A stretch of DNA of 64,000 nucleotides, taken from positions 37,520-101,519 of the forward strand of contig CAZLDI010000010.1 in assembly GCA_964558415.1 (NCBI GenBank), read 5' to 3'. Below, piece by piece: positions 1-8,173 of the stretch (the stretch's first letter is position 1; each line of letters starts with the position of its first letter). Position numbers and translations under genes: made by a program. This DNA is from an uncultured Dehalococcoidia bacterium. GTDB taxonomy: Bacteria > Chloroflexota > Dehalococcoidia > SM23-28-2 > RBG-16-64-32. Below the pieces are notes generated by a model. The model saw only the letters and a list, made by a program, of their open reading frames with translations. It had not been told where the DNA came from and did no database searches.

Positions 1-386
1 TCGACGTGGTCCGAGCCGATCCCAGCGGTGATGGCCAGCTTTAGCTTCGGCGCGCGGGCGATCCGCTCCGCGGTCAGGTAAGCGGGCCAGAACGGCTGCG
101 AGATGACGATGTCCGAGTCCGGCAGCTCACGTTCGAACACGCTGGCCGGGCCGTCTTTGTCTGCGGTCACGATCAGCCTGTGGCCGAGTCCTTCCAGGAA
201 CTTGCGCAACCCCAGCTCGCCCGAGACGCTGCCCAGCAGTTCTCCGGGCCTGAAGTCGATTGCGTTTGGTGTTGGCAACGTCTGTCCGCCCGGGTAGCCG
301 TCCACCGTGGGCAGACCGTCGCGGGCGTACGAGCCCGGGTAGCCGGTCACCGGATCATCGTAGAGGACGCAGAGTACCTTCGCCAT
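1..386 (-). CDS. fdh: NAD+-dependent formate dehydrogenase, N-terminal ~128 codons (rest lies beyond the left window edge)
   Basis: Not in the ORF track because there is no stop in the window. Reverse translation from ATG at 386-384 gives [79 protein letters not shown]...[35 protein letters not shown]. This is the hallmark N-terminus of NAD-dependent FDH. An AAGGAG-like SD lies upstream. Confidence 0.85.
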   Translation of the reverse strand, partial: MAKVLCVLYDDPVTGYPGSYARDGLPTVDGYPGGQTLPTPNAIDFRPGELLGSVSGELGLRKFLEGLGHRLIVTADKDGPASVFERELPDSDIVISQPFWPAYLTAERIARAPKLKLAITAGIGSDHV

Positions 387-501
387 TCGTTCGCTCCTTG
401 CTGAAGAGTGTCCTCTCATCCTAGGGCGGAACGTCGGGAAGGGGAAGGTTGGACGCGAGGCGGCGCCCTCGCTCCGCTGACGCCTGCAGCACGCGCGGCG
501 C

Positions 502-513
502 TATAATCCCCCC
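502..513 (+). promoter_or_regulatory. -10 box TATAAT followed by CCCCCC spacer directly abutting the ATG at 514 (leaderless-type promoter)
   Basis: TATAAT at 502-507, a 6-nt C-rich spacer, then ATG 514. There is no room for an SD. The same architecture recurs at 15560, 22623 and 36788. Confidence 0.5.
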
Positions 514-1038
514 ATGCGGTGGCTCACTCGCACCCTCTCCCGCAAGCCGGCGCCGTTTCCAGAGCTGCCGGAGGTCACCCTGCGCCCGGTCGGCTTCGTG
601 CGCAGCCGCGTGAAAGAGACCGGCGACGGGCGCGACTGGAGCAGCGTGCACGCCCGCATCATCCTGCGGCCGGAGCTGGCGGACGCTCTAATGGGTCTGG
701 ACACGTACTCGCACGTGCTGGTGCTGTTCTGGCCCAGCCTCGTGCCCGCGCACGTCCGTGGGTCCAAGCACCAGCTGCACCCGCGGGACGACCCGGCGAA
801 TCCGTTGATGGGCGTCCTGGCGACGCGCAGCCAGATCCGCTTCAACCCGGTCCTCTGCACGGCGGTGCGGCTGTTGAGCGTGAAGGGGAACGAGGTGCGG
901 GTCAAGGGGCTGGACGCCATAGATGGGACGCCGGTGCTGGATATTAAGCCTTATATCCCCCACTTCGATTCCGTTCCGGACGCGAAGGTGCCGGGATGGC
1001 TGCTCGCCCGGGTAGAAACACGCAAGCCCGCGAAGTAG
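514..1038 (+). CDS. trmO: tRNA (m6t6A37) methyltransferase TrmO/TsaA (YaeB, UPF0066) family
   Basis: The 174-aa ORF has the family pattern: LRPVGFVRS..., HVLVLFW, GVLATRSQIRFNP, IDGTPVLDIKPYIP. Confidence 0.8.
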   Translation: MRWLTRTLSRKPAPFPELPEVTLRPVGFVRSRVKETGDGRDWSSVHARIILRPELADALMGLDTYSHVLVLFWPSLVPAHVRGSKHQLHPRDDPANPLMGVLATRSQIRFNPVLCTAVRLLSVKGNEVRVKGLDAIDGTPVLDIKPYIPHFDSVPDAKVPGWLLARVETRKPAK

Positions 1039-1718
1039 CGTCCCCGGCGGCAGCCACCGACGCCAGCGCGCTGCTGCGGGACGTCTACCGGCGGTTGTTC
1101 GCTGAGTACGGGCCGCAGCAATGGTGGCCGGCGGATTCGCCCTTCGAGGTGATCGTCGGGGCGGTCCTGACACAGTCCGCCGCCTGGACCAACGTCGAGA
1201 AAGCGATCGCCAACCTCCGTTCGGCCGGCGCTCTGTCGCCCGAGGGGATACGCTCGTTGCCGGAGGCGGAGCTGGCGGCCCTGATCCGCCCCAGCGGCTA
1301 CTTCAACGCGAAGGCGCGCAAACTGAAGGCGTTCACCGCGCTGCTAAGCGAGCGCTTCGAGGGCGACCTCCCCAAAATGCTCGCTACACCCCCGCGAGAC
1401 CTGCGTCCGTTGCTGCTCGCGACGCACGGCATCGGCCCGGAGACGGCTGACGCGATCCTGCTCTACGCGGCTGGGCGCCCGGCGTTTGTGATCGACGCTT
1501 ACACGCGGCGGACACTGTCCCGCCTCGGCCGTCCACCCGCAAGGGATACGTACGCCGCGTGGCGAGAGCTGGTCGAGGCGTCACTGCCGCCTGACGCCGC
1601 GATGTTCAACGAGTACCATGCGCTGCTGGTGCGGCTGGGGAAGGAAGTCTGCCGCGCGCGCCCGGACTGTGGGCGGTGTGTCCTGAGAACGGTGTGCGCG
1701 ACCGGGAGCCGGAGCTGA
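996..1718 (+). CDS. Endonuclease III-related HhH-GPD DNA glycosylase-like protein
   Basis: Motifs: YGPQQWWPADSPFEVIVGAVLTQSAAWTNVEKAI, HGIGPETADAILLYA, and a C-terminal Cys cluster (CRARPDCGRCVLRTVC). The start is uncertain; 996 overlaps the trmO end by 43 nt. Confidence 0.75.
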   Translation: MAARPGRNTQAREVASPAAATDASALLRDVYRRLFAEYGPQQWWPADSPFEVIVGAVLTQSAAWTNVEKAIANLRSAGALSPEGIRSLPEAELAALIRPSGYFNAKARKLKAFTALLSERFEGDLPKMLATPPRDLRPLLLATHGIGPETADAILLYAAGRPAFVIDAYTRRTLSRLGRPPARDTYAAWRELVEASLPPDAAMFNEYHALLVRLGKEVCRARPDCGRCVLRTVCATGSRS

Positions 1719-2076
1719 ACCGGGGGCCGAAGCGTGGGTAGTGGGTCAGTTTGATCCGAAGCTCTGGACCCCCTGGTGGGGTATTGGACAAGGCTCCGGA
1801 TGATCAAACGCGCCGACCGTCTCTCGATCATGGGGTTGCGACTTAGAGACGCCGACGCGCTTGCGCGATGATTTTACCACCGAAGAAAGAGGCTGGGCTT
1901 CCAGCGTTGCAGGGGGTTACGAGTTCTTCCGCGCGGCCGCCATCAACTCGATATTTGCCCGGTTGCGCAGTGACACGCAGATACGGCTTCCGGGCTATCC
2001 ACAGAGGACATTGACCAACAACACACGGCGCCAAGTCCCCTGGCACGGCCAGTAGGTGGCGGCGTGCGCCCTGGGC

Positions 2077-3291
2077 CTAGGGTAACTTTTCATTGTCGAA
2101 GGTGCAGTGCACACTATCGCCCGGCAGGAGGTCAATGGTTACGTTGTAGTCGAATTGGTAGATGTTGATCCTTCCCTCCGCGCCGGCACAGGAGATGCTG
2201 CGGAGATACCACCCCGGCGGCCGCCCCTGCTGTGTCATAGTATAGAGCCCGCTCTTTAAGTCGAAGAAAGCGAAATCCTGGAGGTGTAGAATGGGAAAGT
2301 TTTGGACGTACGCGCCGGGGCCGTCAAGGGTGAAGTCAACGGATACCCCAGAAGAGCCCCACAGCAACAGCGTCACGCCAATGATGCCGCCCGGCGGCGT
2401 CGGCGTCGGCGTCGGCACCGGCGGCTGCGTGGCCGGCGGCGGCGTCCAGGCCGGCGGTGGCGTCCAGGCCGGCGGCGGCGTCCAGGCCGGCGGCTGTGTG
2501 GCTGTCGCCTCTGGCCTCGGGGTGCGTGAGGCTGGCGGCTGGACGACCGACAGCACGCCTGGCGGCTGCGTGGGAGTGGGCCCTGTCGCTACGGACGTCG
2601 GTGTGGCGGTCGGCCCTGACGTGGCGGTGCGTGAGCGTGGCGACGTGGCCGACGGCGCGAAGGCCGCGGTGCCGGAGTCGCCCCCGTCACCACCAGATAG
2701 CAAGATCACAAGGACGATGACGATCGCCGCCCCTGTTCCTCCAAAACCCAGCGCGAGCCGTACCTTGGGGTGGCCAAACCAGCCCTTGGCGGATTCGAAC
2801 GCCGCCCGCAGTGGCGTTGGCCTGGCCAGCCCCTTATCAATCGCAGCTTCGACAGGCCGCGCCTCAGCTACGGCCTCCACCTGTTCGGTTCTCGATAGTA
2901 ACAGCTGCGTCATCTCAGCGAGACGCTCGAGGTGCTTTTTCAGAGGAGGCGTCAAAGCGTCCAGCCAGTGCGTTCTGCTGATGAAGTACTCCATGGACTT
3001 GGAGAGAGGAACATCCTCTATGCGGAGCGGCAGTATGGGGATCCCGTGGCTCACTGCCCTCTCCACTTCCCTCATCACATGCTGGGAGTTGTTTGAGTTG
3101 GAGGAAAAGACCAACACCATGAGGCGGCTCTGGCCAATGGCCTCAACGAGTGCCTCGGGGTAATCCTGTCCCGGCAGCACGTCACGTGGAGCGACCCAGC
3201 ACCGCAGGTGCTTGGCTTCGAGGGTGGCGCAGACTGCGTCGGCGGTGGGCTTGTCCTGAGCCGCGTAGCTGATGAAGACGTCGTGAGCCAT
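2077..3291 (-). CDS. TIR-domain protein with one TM helix, Pro-rich repeat linker and uncharacterised C-terminal beta-rich domain
   Basis: N-terminal TIR_2 pattern: DVFISYAAQD..RCWVAPRDVLPG..LMVLVFSSNSNNSQHVMREVERAV..ILPLRIEDVP..THWLDA. A hydrophobic segment (LALGFGGTGAAIVIVLVILLSGG) follows, then an S/T/P-rich region with PPPAWT x3. Confidence 0.8.
   Translation of the reverse strand: MAHDVFISYAAQDKPTADAVCATLEAKHLRCWVAPRDVLPGQDYPEALVEAIGQSRLMVLVFSSNSNNSQHVMREVERAVSHGIPILPLRIEDVPLSKSMEYFISRTHWLDALTPPLKKHLERLAEMTQLLLSRTEQVEAVAEARPVEAAIDKGLARPTPLRAAFESAKGWFGHPKVRLALGFGGTGAAIVIVLVILLSGGDGGDSGTAAFAPSATSPRSRTATSGPTATPTSVATGPTPTQPPGVLSVVQPPASRTPRPEATATQPPAWTPPPAWTPPPAWTPPPATQPPVPTPTPTPPGGIIGVTLLLWGSSGVSVDFTLDGPGAYVQNFPILHLQDFAFFDLKSGLYTMTQQGRPPGWYLRSISCAGAEGRINIYQFDYNVTIDLLPGDSVHCTFDNEKLP
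2433..2495. repeat. 18-bp tandem repeat (about 3.5 copies) inside the TIR-protein linker
   Basis: Successive units are ccggcggcggcgtccagg / ccggcggtggcgtccagg / ccggcggcggcgtccagg / ccggcggct. They encode PPPAWT repeats on the minus strand. Confidence 0.9.
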
Positions 3292-3630
3292 GGCGAACGC
3301 CGCGCTCCCTAGACGTGCAAATCGAAGTCCTCAGCGGCGGCCGCACGGCGGACAAGCCGGGCGAGGAATCTCAAGTTGCGACTGATAGCCGGTGCCTGAA
3401 GCAAGAACAAGCCCTGTATACACCGATCCTGGGCAATTGTCAACCCATTATGGGCGGGGAAAATTGCTTTTCGACACGGTCACCGCGGCGCCAAGGGTTG
3501 CAAGGGCGTCCAACATTCGATGTACGGCGCTGGTCCACGTGATATCGAATGTTATCCGCCCTTGGGTATTGCCAGCCAGGCTGGCCATCGTGGAGCGCTG
3601 GGCGGGCCCTAACTCGAGGCTCTCCGTCAG

Positions 3631-3817
3631 TCACCCGGCCGTGAGCATCGAGGGGAGCGGCTCGTCCTCGAACTGGAGTCGATTGTGAAGCTGCTGCCAC
3701 GTTAGTTGGGCCCCGGTGCTGGAGGTTGTGGGCCTCGCGGTTCAGGGCGCGGGCAAAGGCCTCGAGGGTCGCCCGGCGCCGGGCGGTGGTCAGGGGTTCT
3801 CGACTCTCGGGAGTCAT
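3631..3817 (-). pseudogene. Frameshifted fragment of a STAND/WD40-type NTPase gene
   Basis: One minus frame reads ...LEAFARALNREAHNLQHRG. A frame shifted by one nt continues AQLTWQQLHNRLQFEDEPLPSMLTAG then stop. The combined string resembles the conserved EAHxL..P.LLWQQLYNRLQWED segment of WD40-repeat STAND proteins. No N-terminal NTPase domain or repeats are present. Confidence 0.4.
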
Positions 3818-3966
3818 GGCTGCCCACTCACGACGCGATGGGAAACCGGGCTGAGGCACTCCGGGTATACGACTCGTGCCGCCGCCGGCCAGCAGAAGAG
3901 CTCGGCGTCAGGCCGTCCACCCAAACTGAGGCCGCTTACCTTGCCTTGATCGAAGGATCTGAATAG
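3802..3966 (+). pseudogene. C-terminal remnant of a BTAD/SARP-type (AfsR-like) regulator
   Basis: DSRESWLPTHDAMGNRAEALRVYDSCRRRPAEELGVRPSTQTEAAYLALI matches only the last ~50 residues of the bacterial transcriptional activation domain. The upstream part of the frame has no similarity. Confidence 0.4.
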
Positions 3967-4088
3967 CCTCCGCCCGATGTTTGCGCGGCAGCGCCACTCA
4001 GGCACCGGACCGAGCAGACGAGCTCATTCTTGCGAGCGGGGAGCTACTCCACGTATCCCCTGGCGATAGACACTCCCACTGGAGATCT

Positions 4089-4760
4089 CTACGCCGGAAT
4101 CACGTAAATCGCGACCAGCGAGTAGTGCAGGGCGCTACCTGCGGTGACCATCACATGAAAGACCTCGTGGTACCCGAAAACGCGGGGGAAAGGGTTCGGC
4201 TTGCCGGCGGCGTACACCAGCGCACCCAGCGTATAGAGGATGCCCCCCGACAGCAGTAGCGCCAGCGGAACGGCAGCGAACCAGTCCGCCAGCTCCGTCG
4301 CGGCAACCACTGCGATCCACCCTGCGCTAACGTAGAGAAGAGCGTTCAGCCACCTGGGAGCGGAGCCCCAGGCCAGCTTCAGCAGGATACCTGCTCCAGC
4401 CACGCTCCAAATCACCGATAGCAGAGCGATGCCCCAGGCGTCTCTGGCCACGAGCAGGCAGAACGGCGTGTAGGTCCCGGCGATCAGGACAAAGATCATC
4501 GAATGGTCCAGGCGCTGCAATGCCGCGCGGGCGCGCCTGCCCCAGGTGATCGTGTGATAGACGCCGCTGGTGAAGTAGAGCAGGATCAGGCTCGCCGCGA
4601 ACACGGCGCCGCCCACGTAAGCGCGAGGCGAATCAGCAAGCAGCATGAGGACCACGCACCCGGCCACAGCAACGAAGGCGGCGAAAAGATGCAAGTAGCC
4701 GCGCAGAAGGGGACGCCTTCCTGCCTCGCTTGCGGTCGCCGCGTTGGGAGAGTCGCTCAT
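4089..4760 (-). CDS. Hemolysin III / PAQR family membrane protein
   Basis: The 223-aa protein has seven hydrophobic segments. Family motifs: LDHSMIFVLIAGTYTP and GYHEVFHVMVTAGSALHY. Confidence 0.85.
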   Translation of the reverse strand: MSDSPNAATASEAGRRPLLRGYLHLFAAFVAVAGCVVLMLLADSPRAYVGGAVFAASLILLYFTSGVYHTITWGRRARAALQRLDHSMIFVLIAGTYTPFCLLVARDAWGIALLSVIWSVAGAGILLKLAWGSAPRWLNALLYVSAGWIAVVAATELADWFAAVPLALLLSGGILYTLGALVYAAGKPNPFPRVFGYHEVFHVMVTAGSALHYSLVAIYVIPA

Positions 4761-4892
4761 GCTGGATGCCGTTGTAGGTTAGACGCTTATCTTCGTCTCG
4801 CGTGACGCACGCCCAACCGTCCCGAACCTGTGGATCGCCTCCGGACACCTCGCGAGGGCATAATAGATTCATGGTCAGGAGATCTGCCCCCG

Positions 4893-5801
4893 CTACGCGC
4901 CCGATTCCGCGCCGGTGAGGAACCCCCGCAATGCCCGGGCGTAGGCTTCCGGCTCCTCCGCGTGCGGCGTGTGAGAGCTGTTCTCGAAGATGTGTAGCTC
5001 CGATCCGGCGATCCCCTTACGAAGCGTCTCCTGGCTCGCGAGACCCATCTCGTCGTAGCGGCCACCAAGGACGAGCGTCGGCGCTCTGATCTCGGCAAGC
5101 CGGCCCGAGCGGTCCCAGTCCTTCAGGACGCCCAGGATCAGCCACTCCGACGGGCCGTTCATGACCCGGTAGACTGGGCTGGCCGCGACGTTACCCATCG
5201 AACGCATCATGTAATCCGGCCAATCCGGCAACCGGCAAAGGTGGCGCTGATAGAAGGCCATCATCGCTGCTTCGTACTCCGGAGTATCGGTGGTTCCGGC
5301 CGCCTCGCACCGCTCGATCGCGTCGCGCGCGTCGGCAGGCAGCTCGGCTACCAGCCGGCGCGCCTCGGCCACGAACTCCGCCGTACTGGCGCTGGTGTTG
5401 GCGAGCACGAGGCTAACGACTCCAGCTGGCCGGGATAGCATGTACTCGATCGCGAGCCAGCCACCCCAGGACTGACCGAGGACGTGGACGCGGTCAAGGC
5501 CGAGGGACTGCCGGACTGCTGCAACCTCATCGACGAAGCGGTCCACGCGCCAGAGCGACTCGTCGTCGGGGATGTCAGACCTGCCGCAGCCAAGCTGGTC
5601 GTAAAACACAACGGGCCGCTCGTCTCCCAGCGCCCCGAGGGGCTCGAGGTAGTCGTGACCCGCGCCGGGGCCGCCGTGCAGCACGAGCAGCGGCACAGAG
5701 GGTGAATCCACCCCGACGATCCGGTACCAGACATCGCCTCCCGTCACCGCTATCGTGCCCTCTTTAGTCCGGCTGTCTATGCTGGTCATCGCATCCCCCA
5801 T
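4893..5801 (-). CDS. Proline iminopeptidase-family alpha/beta hydrolase
   Basis: Motifs: LLVLHGGPGAGHDY, FYDQLGCGRS, and the nucleophile elbow GQSWGG. The start could be M1 or M5. Confidence 0.8.
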   Translation of the reverse strand: MGDAMTSIDSRTKEGTIAVTGGDVWYRIVGVDSPSVPLLVLHGGPGAGHDYLEPLGALGDERPVVFYDQLGCGRSDIPDDESLWRVDRFVDEVAAVRQSLGLDRVHVLGQSWGGWLAIEYMLSRPAGVVSLVLANTSASTAEFVAEARRLVAELPADARDAIERCEAAGTTDTPEYEAAMMAFYQRHLCRLPDWPDYMMRSMGNVAASPVYRVMNGPSEWLILGVLKDWDRSGRLAEIRAPTLVLGGRYDEMGLASQETLRKGIAGSELHIFENSSHTPHAEEPEAYARALRGFLTGAESGA

Positions 5802-5940
5802 TCTCTCCGGGCAGGCCGCAGCTTACTCACCCAACCTGGTGTAACACTCTGTTTTGAGATGTCGTCTTATGTATTGGTCCCAAACCCTCCCTTTTGGGCT
5901 CGTCACAGGAAGGTTCCGGCAGATCTTCCTGTGATGCTCT

Positions 5941-5979
5941 TAAAGATTGACGCCGCTTCCGCCTCAGGCGGAGGCGGCG
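5941..5979 (-). terminator. Hairpin downstream of the P450 gene (possible intrinsic terminator)
   Basis: cgccgcttccgcc-tca-ggcggaggcggcg forms a 13-bp stem with 1 mismatch. On the minus strand it is followed by tcaatcttt, which is only a weak U tract. Confidence 0.45.
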
Positions 5980-6006
5980 TTGTCTTGTCCCTCGGGGACT
6001 CGTGGA

Positions 6007-7212
6007 TCACACGGCCAGCGGCAGCTTCTTCGCGCCGCGGATGATGAACGTCCCGCCCCACACAGGCTCGCCGGCGAGCTCGATCTTCGGGTAGCGCCGC
6101 AGCAGCGCTTCAAACGCTATCTGCGCCTCCGCCCGCGCCAGCGGCGCGCCCAGGCAGAAGTGAATGCCGTCTCCCAGCCCCAGATGGTCCGTGGGGTTGC
6201 GCCGGAGGTCCAGCCGCTCCGGGTCCGGGAACTTGGCAGGGTCATGGTTCGCCGCGCCCAGCACTGTGAGCGCGGACTGCCCTTGCTTGACGACATGCCC
6301 ATCAATCTCCACGTCTTCCTTCGCCACGCGTCCCGTCGCCTGCACAGGGCCATTGAACCGCAGCAGCTCTTCGACCGCCGACGGCATCAGCGCCGGCTCG
6401 CTGCGCAGGAGCTCCAGCTGGTCCGGATGCTGCAGCAGCGAGAACATGGCGTTAGAGATCAGGTTCGTCGTCGTCTCATTGCCGGCGACCAGGAGCAGGA
6501 TCGTGGTCGAGAATATCTCCTGTTCCGTCAGCACCTGTCCTTCGTCTTCCGCCGCGATCAGGCCGCTGATGAGATCATCACGCGGTGTCATCCGGCGCTG
6601 CGCGATCACCTCCGCCAGGTAGGTGACCAGCTCCTCGATCGCCGCCCGCCCGGTCTGGACCACCTCGGGCTGTATCATCGGACCGCCCAGCGTCGCCACG
6701 ATGTCGTCCGACCAGCGCTTGAAGTCGGCGCGGTCCTCCGGAGGTACCCCCAGCATCTCCGCGATCACGATGACCGGCAGCGGATACGCCAGCACCTCAA
6801 CCAGGTCGAAAGCGCTACCTGTGGGAACGCCGTCCAGCAGCCCCTCCACGATCTCCTTGATGCGCGGTCGCAGATTTTCCACTGCGCGCGGCGTGAAGGC
6901 TTTGCTGACCAGCCGCCGCAACCGCGTGTGCTCCGGCGGATCGGAGGTCAGCATCGTGGGCGCCTGGGAGAACGGCCCGAACTCCTCTTGCTGCTGGCGG
7001 ATCATCTCCGCGAAGCGGTTCTGTGCTCGTGCCCGGTCGGCGGAGAAGCGAGGGTCCATCAGGACAAAGTCGACATCGTCGTAGCGCGTGAGGATCCAGG
7101 CCTCGAACAGCGGGTCCCAGTGGATCGGGTCCTGCTCGCGCAGCAGCTTGTACATCGGGTACGGGTTCGCGAGCAGCCCGGGGGTGAACGGGTTGAACTG
7201 TGCGGTTACCAT
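6007..7212 (-). CDS. Cytochrome P450
   Basis: The 401-aa ORF has the I-helix LLLVAGNETT, the EXXR motif EELLRF, and the heme loop LGDGIHFCLGAPLAR. Confidence 0.9.
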   Translation of the reverse strand: MVTAQFNPFTPGLLANPYPMYKLLREQDPIHWDPLFEAWILTRYDDVDFVLMDPRFSADRARAQNRFAEMIRQQQEEFGPFSQAPTMLTSDPPEHTRLRRLVSKAFTPRAVENLRPRIKEIVEGLLDGVPTGSAFDLVEVLAYPLPVIVIAEMLGVPPEDRADFKRWSDDIVATLGGPMIQPEVVQTGRAAIEELVTYLAEVIAQRRMTPRDDLISGLIAAEDEGQVLTEQEIFSTTILLLVAGNETTTNLISNAMFSLLQHPDQLELLRSEPALMPSAVEELLRFNGPVQATGRVAKEDVEIDGHVVKQGQSALTVLGAANHDPAKFPDPERLDLRRNPTDHLGLGDGIHFCLGAPLARAEAQIAFEALLRRYPKIELAGEPVWGGTFIIRGAKKLPLAV

Positions 7213-7369
7213 CGTTAGCCTCTCTTATCGCTCGCAGGCAGCGCACTCCATTAGAGCCTCGTCGCGCCGCAATGTCAATCATCCCACAAACCGACCGGTC
7301 AGTCACCACAATCCCCGGCCTAGGGGCCGTCGGGAACTCGAGCCTTCCCGGTTGCGTTGTAACATCAGC

Positions 7370-7993
7370 ATGGCGATGAGTACTGCGCGTCTGTTAACCG
7401 GGTTGTGCGTCCTGTGGCTGTGTCTGCTGGTCGTCAGCTCAGCGGGCGCGCGGCAAGAGACGCGACTATATCTGCAGCCGGATACGATCCCTGCTGGCGA
7501 AAGCACCATAGCTTCTGGCACCGGGTTCTGCCCAGACCCGAGTTGCGGGCCGGTTACGCTTACCCTGGAGGGTTCGCCGCTGTGGAGCGAGACCAGGGTT
7601 GGGCCGGACGGGACGTTCTCTACTCCGGTCTTTCCAGTGGGCCCGCCGGGGAGGTACGCCGTCGCGGCAACACAGGACACGCCGGGTGGGCGACTCTCGG
7701 CTGATGCCCTGCTTACCCTGACCCTGGTCGATCGGGCCAGCCCTACCGCGCCAGCGCAAGCAACCGCGACTGCGAGCCCGTCTGAAGGTACCCCTGGGTC
7801 TCCGGACGCTTCTGCTTCAGGATCGCCATCGTCGTCACCGGCTTCTACTTCCTCGCCTTCCGGCGATTCTTCCTCGACCGGACCGTTGCCGAACACCGAT
7901 GGCGACGGCTTTCCCGCCTGGGGCTGGTTGGCCCTGGCGGCGGTTCTGGCGCTCATTCTCAGCGGCGCGGTCTTGCGCTTGAGGCGGAGGTAA
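7370..7993 (+). CDS. Secreted Ser/Pro-rich protein with C-terminal TM anchor and basic tail
   Basis: I prefer the internal ATG at 7370 (MAMSTARLLTGLCVLWLCLLVVSSAGA signal peptide) over the track start 7088. The C-terminus reads ...GPLPNTDGDGFPAWGWLALAAVLALILSGAVLRLRRR. Confidence 0.65.
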   Translation: MAMSTARLLTGLCVLWLCLLVVSSAGARQETRLYLQPDTIPAGESTIASGTGFCPDPSCGPVTLTLEGSPLWSETRVGPDGTFSTPVFPVGPPGRYAVAATQDTPGGRLSADALLTLTLVDRASPTAPAQATATASPSEGTPGSPDASASGSPSSSPASTSSPSGDSSSTGPLPNTDGDGFPAWGWLALAAVLALILSGAVLRLRRR

Positions 7994-8040
7994 AGGCTTC
8001 CAAGTCCCGCGCTGAACCTCAAAGTGCCTCGCCCGGCTAC

Positions 8041-8069
8041 TTGACAATATCAATCGCACCATTGATAAT
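8041..8069 (+). promoter_or_regulatory. Sigma70-like promoter TTGACA-17-GATAAT upstream of the 1607-aa gene
   Basis: TTGACA at 8041-8046 and GATAAT at 8064-8069. The spacer contains the near-inverted repeat atatcaat...attgataa. Confidence 0.45.
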
Positions 8070-8173
8070 CGGGCAATTGTCGGGCATTACGCTCCGAGGT
8101 CTCAATCTCCGGGTCCCGAAACTACATATTCTGGTCGGCAGCGCTTGGCTGCACGGTCGAAGGGAGTTCTTCC

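Noticed and set aside
3315-3688. ORFs 3315-3542 and 3392-3688 (plus) as real genes in the gap after the TIR gene
   Set aside because: No recognisable similarity or ribosome-binding sites. The region is better explained as decayed sequence (see the pseudogene fragments).
5947-7218. 423-aa plus-strand ORF covering the whole P450 locus (and 13627-14391 over the second P450)
   Set aside because: The products are Arg/Leu/Gln-rich with no motifs. The opposite strand encodes complete P450 signatures (EXXR, the FxxGxHxCxG-type heme loop).
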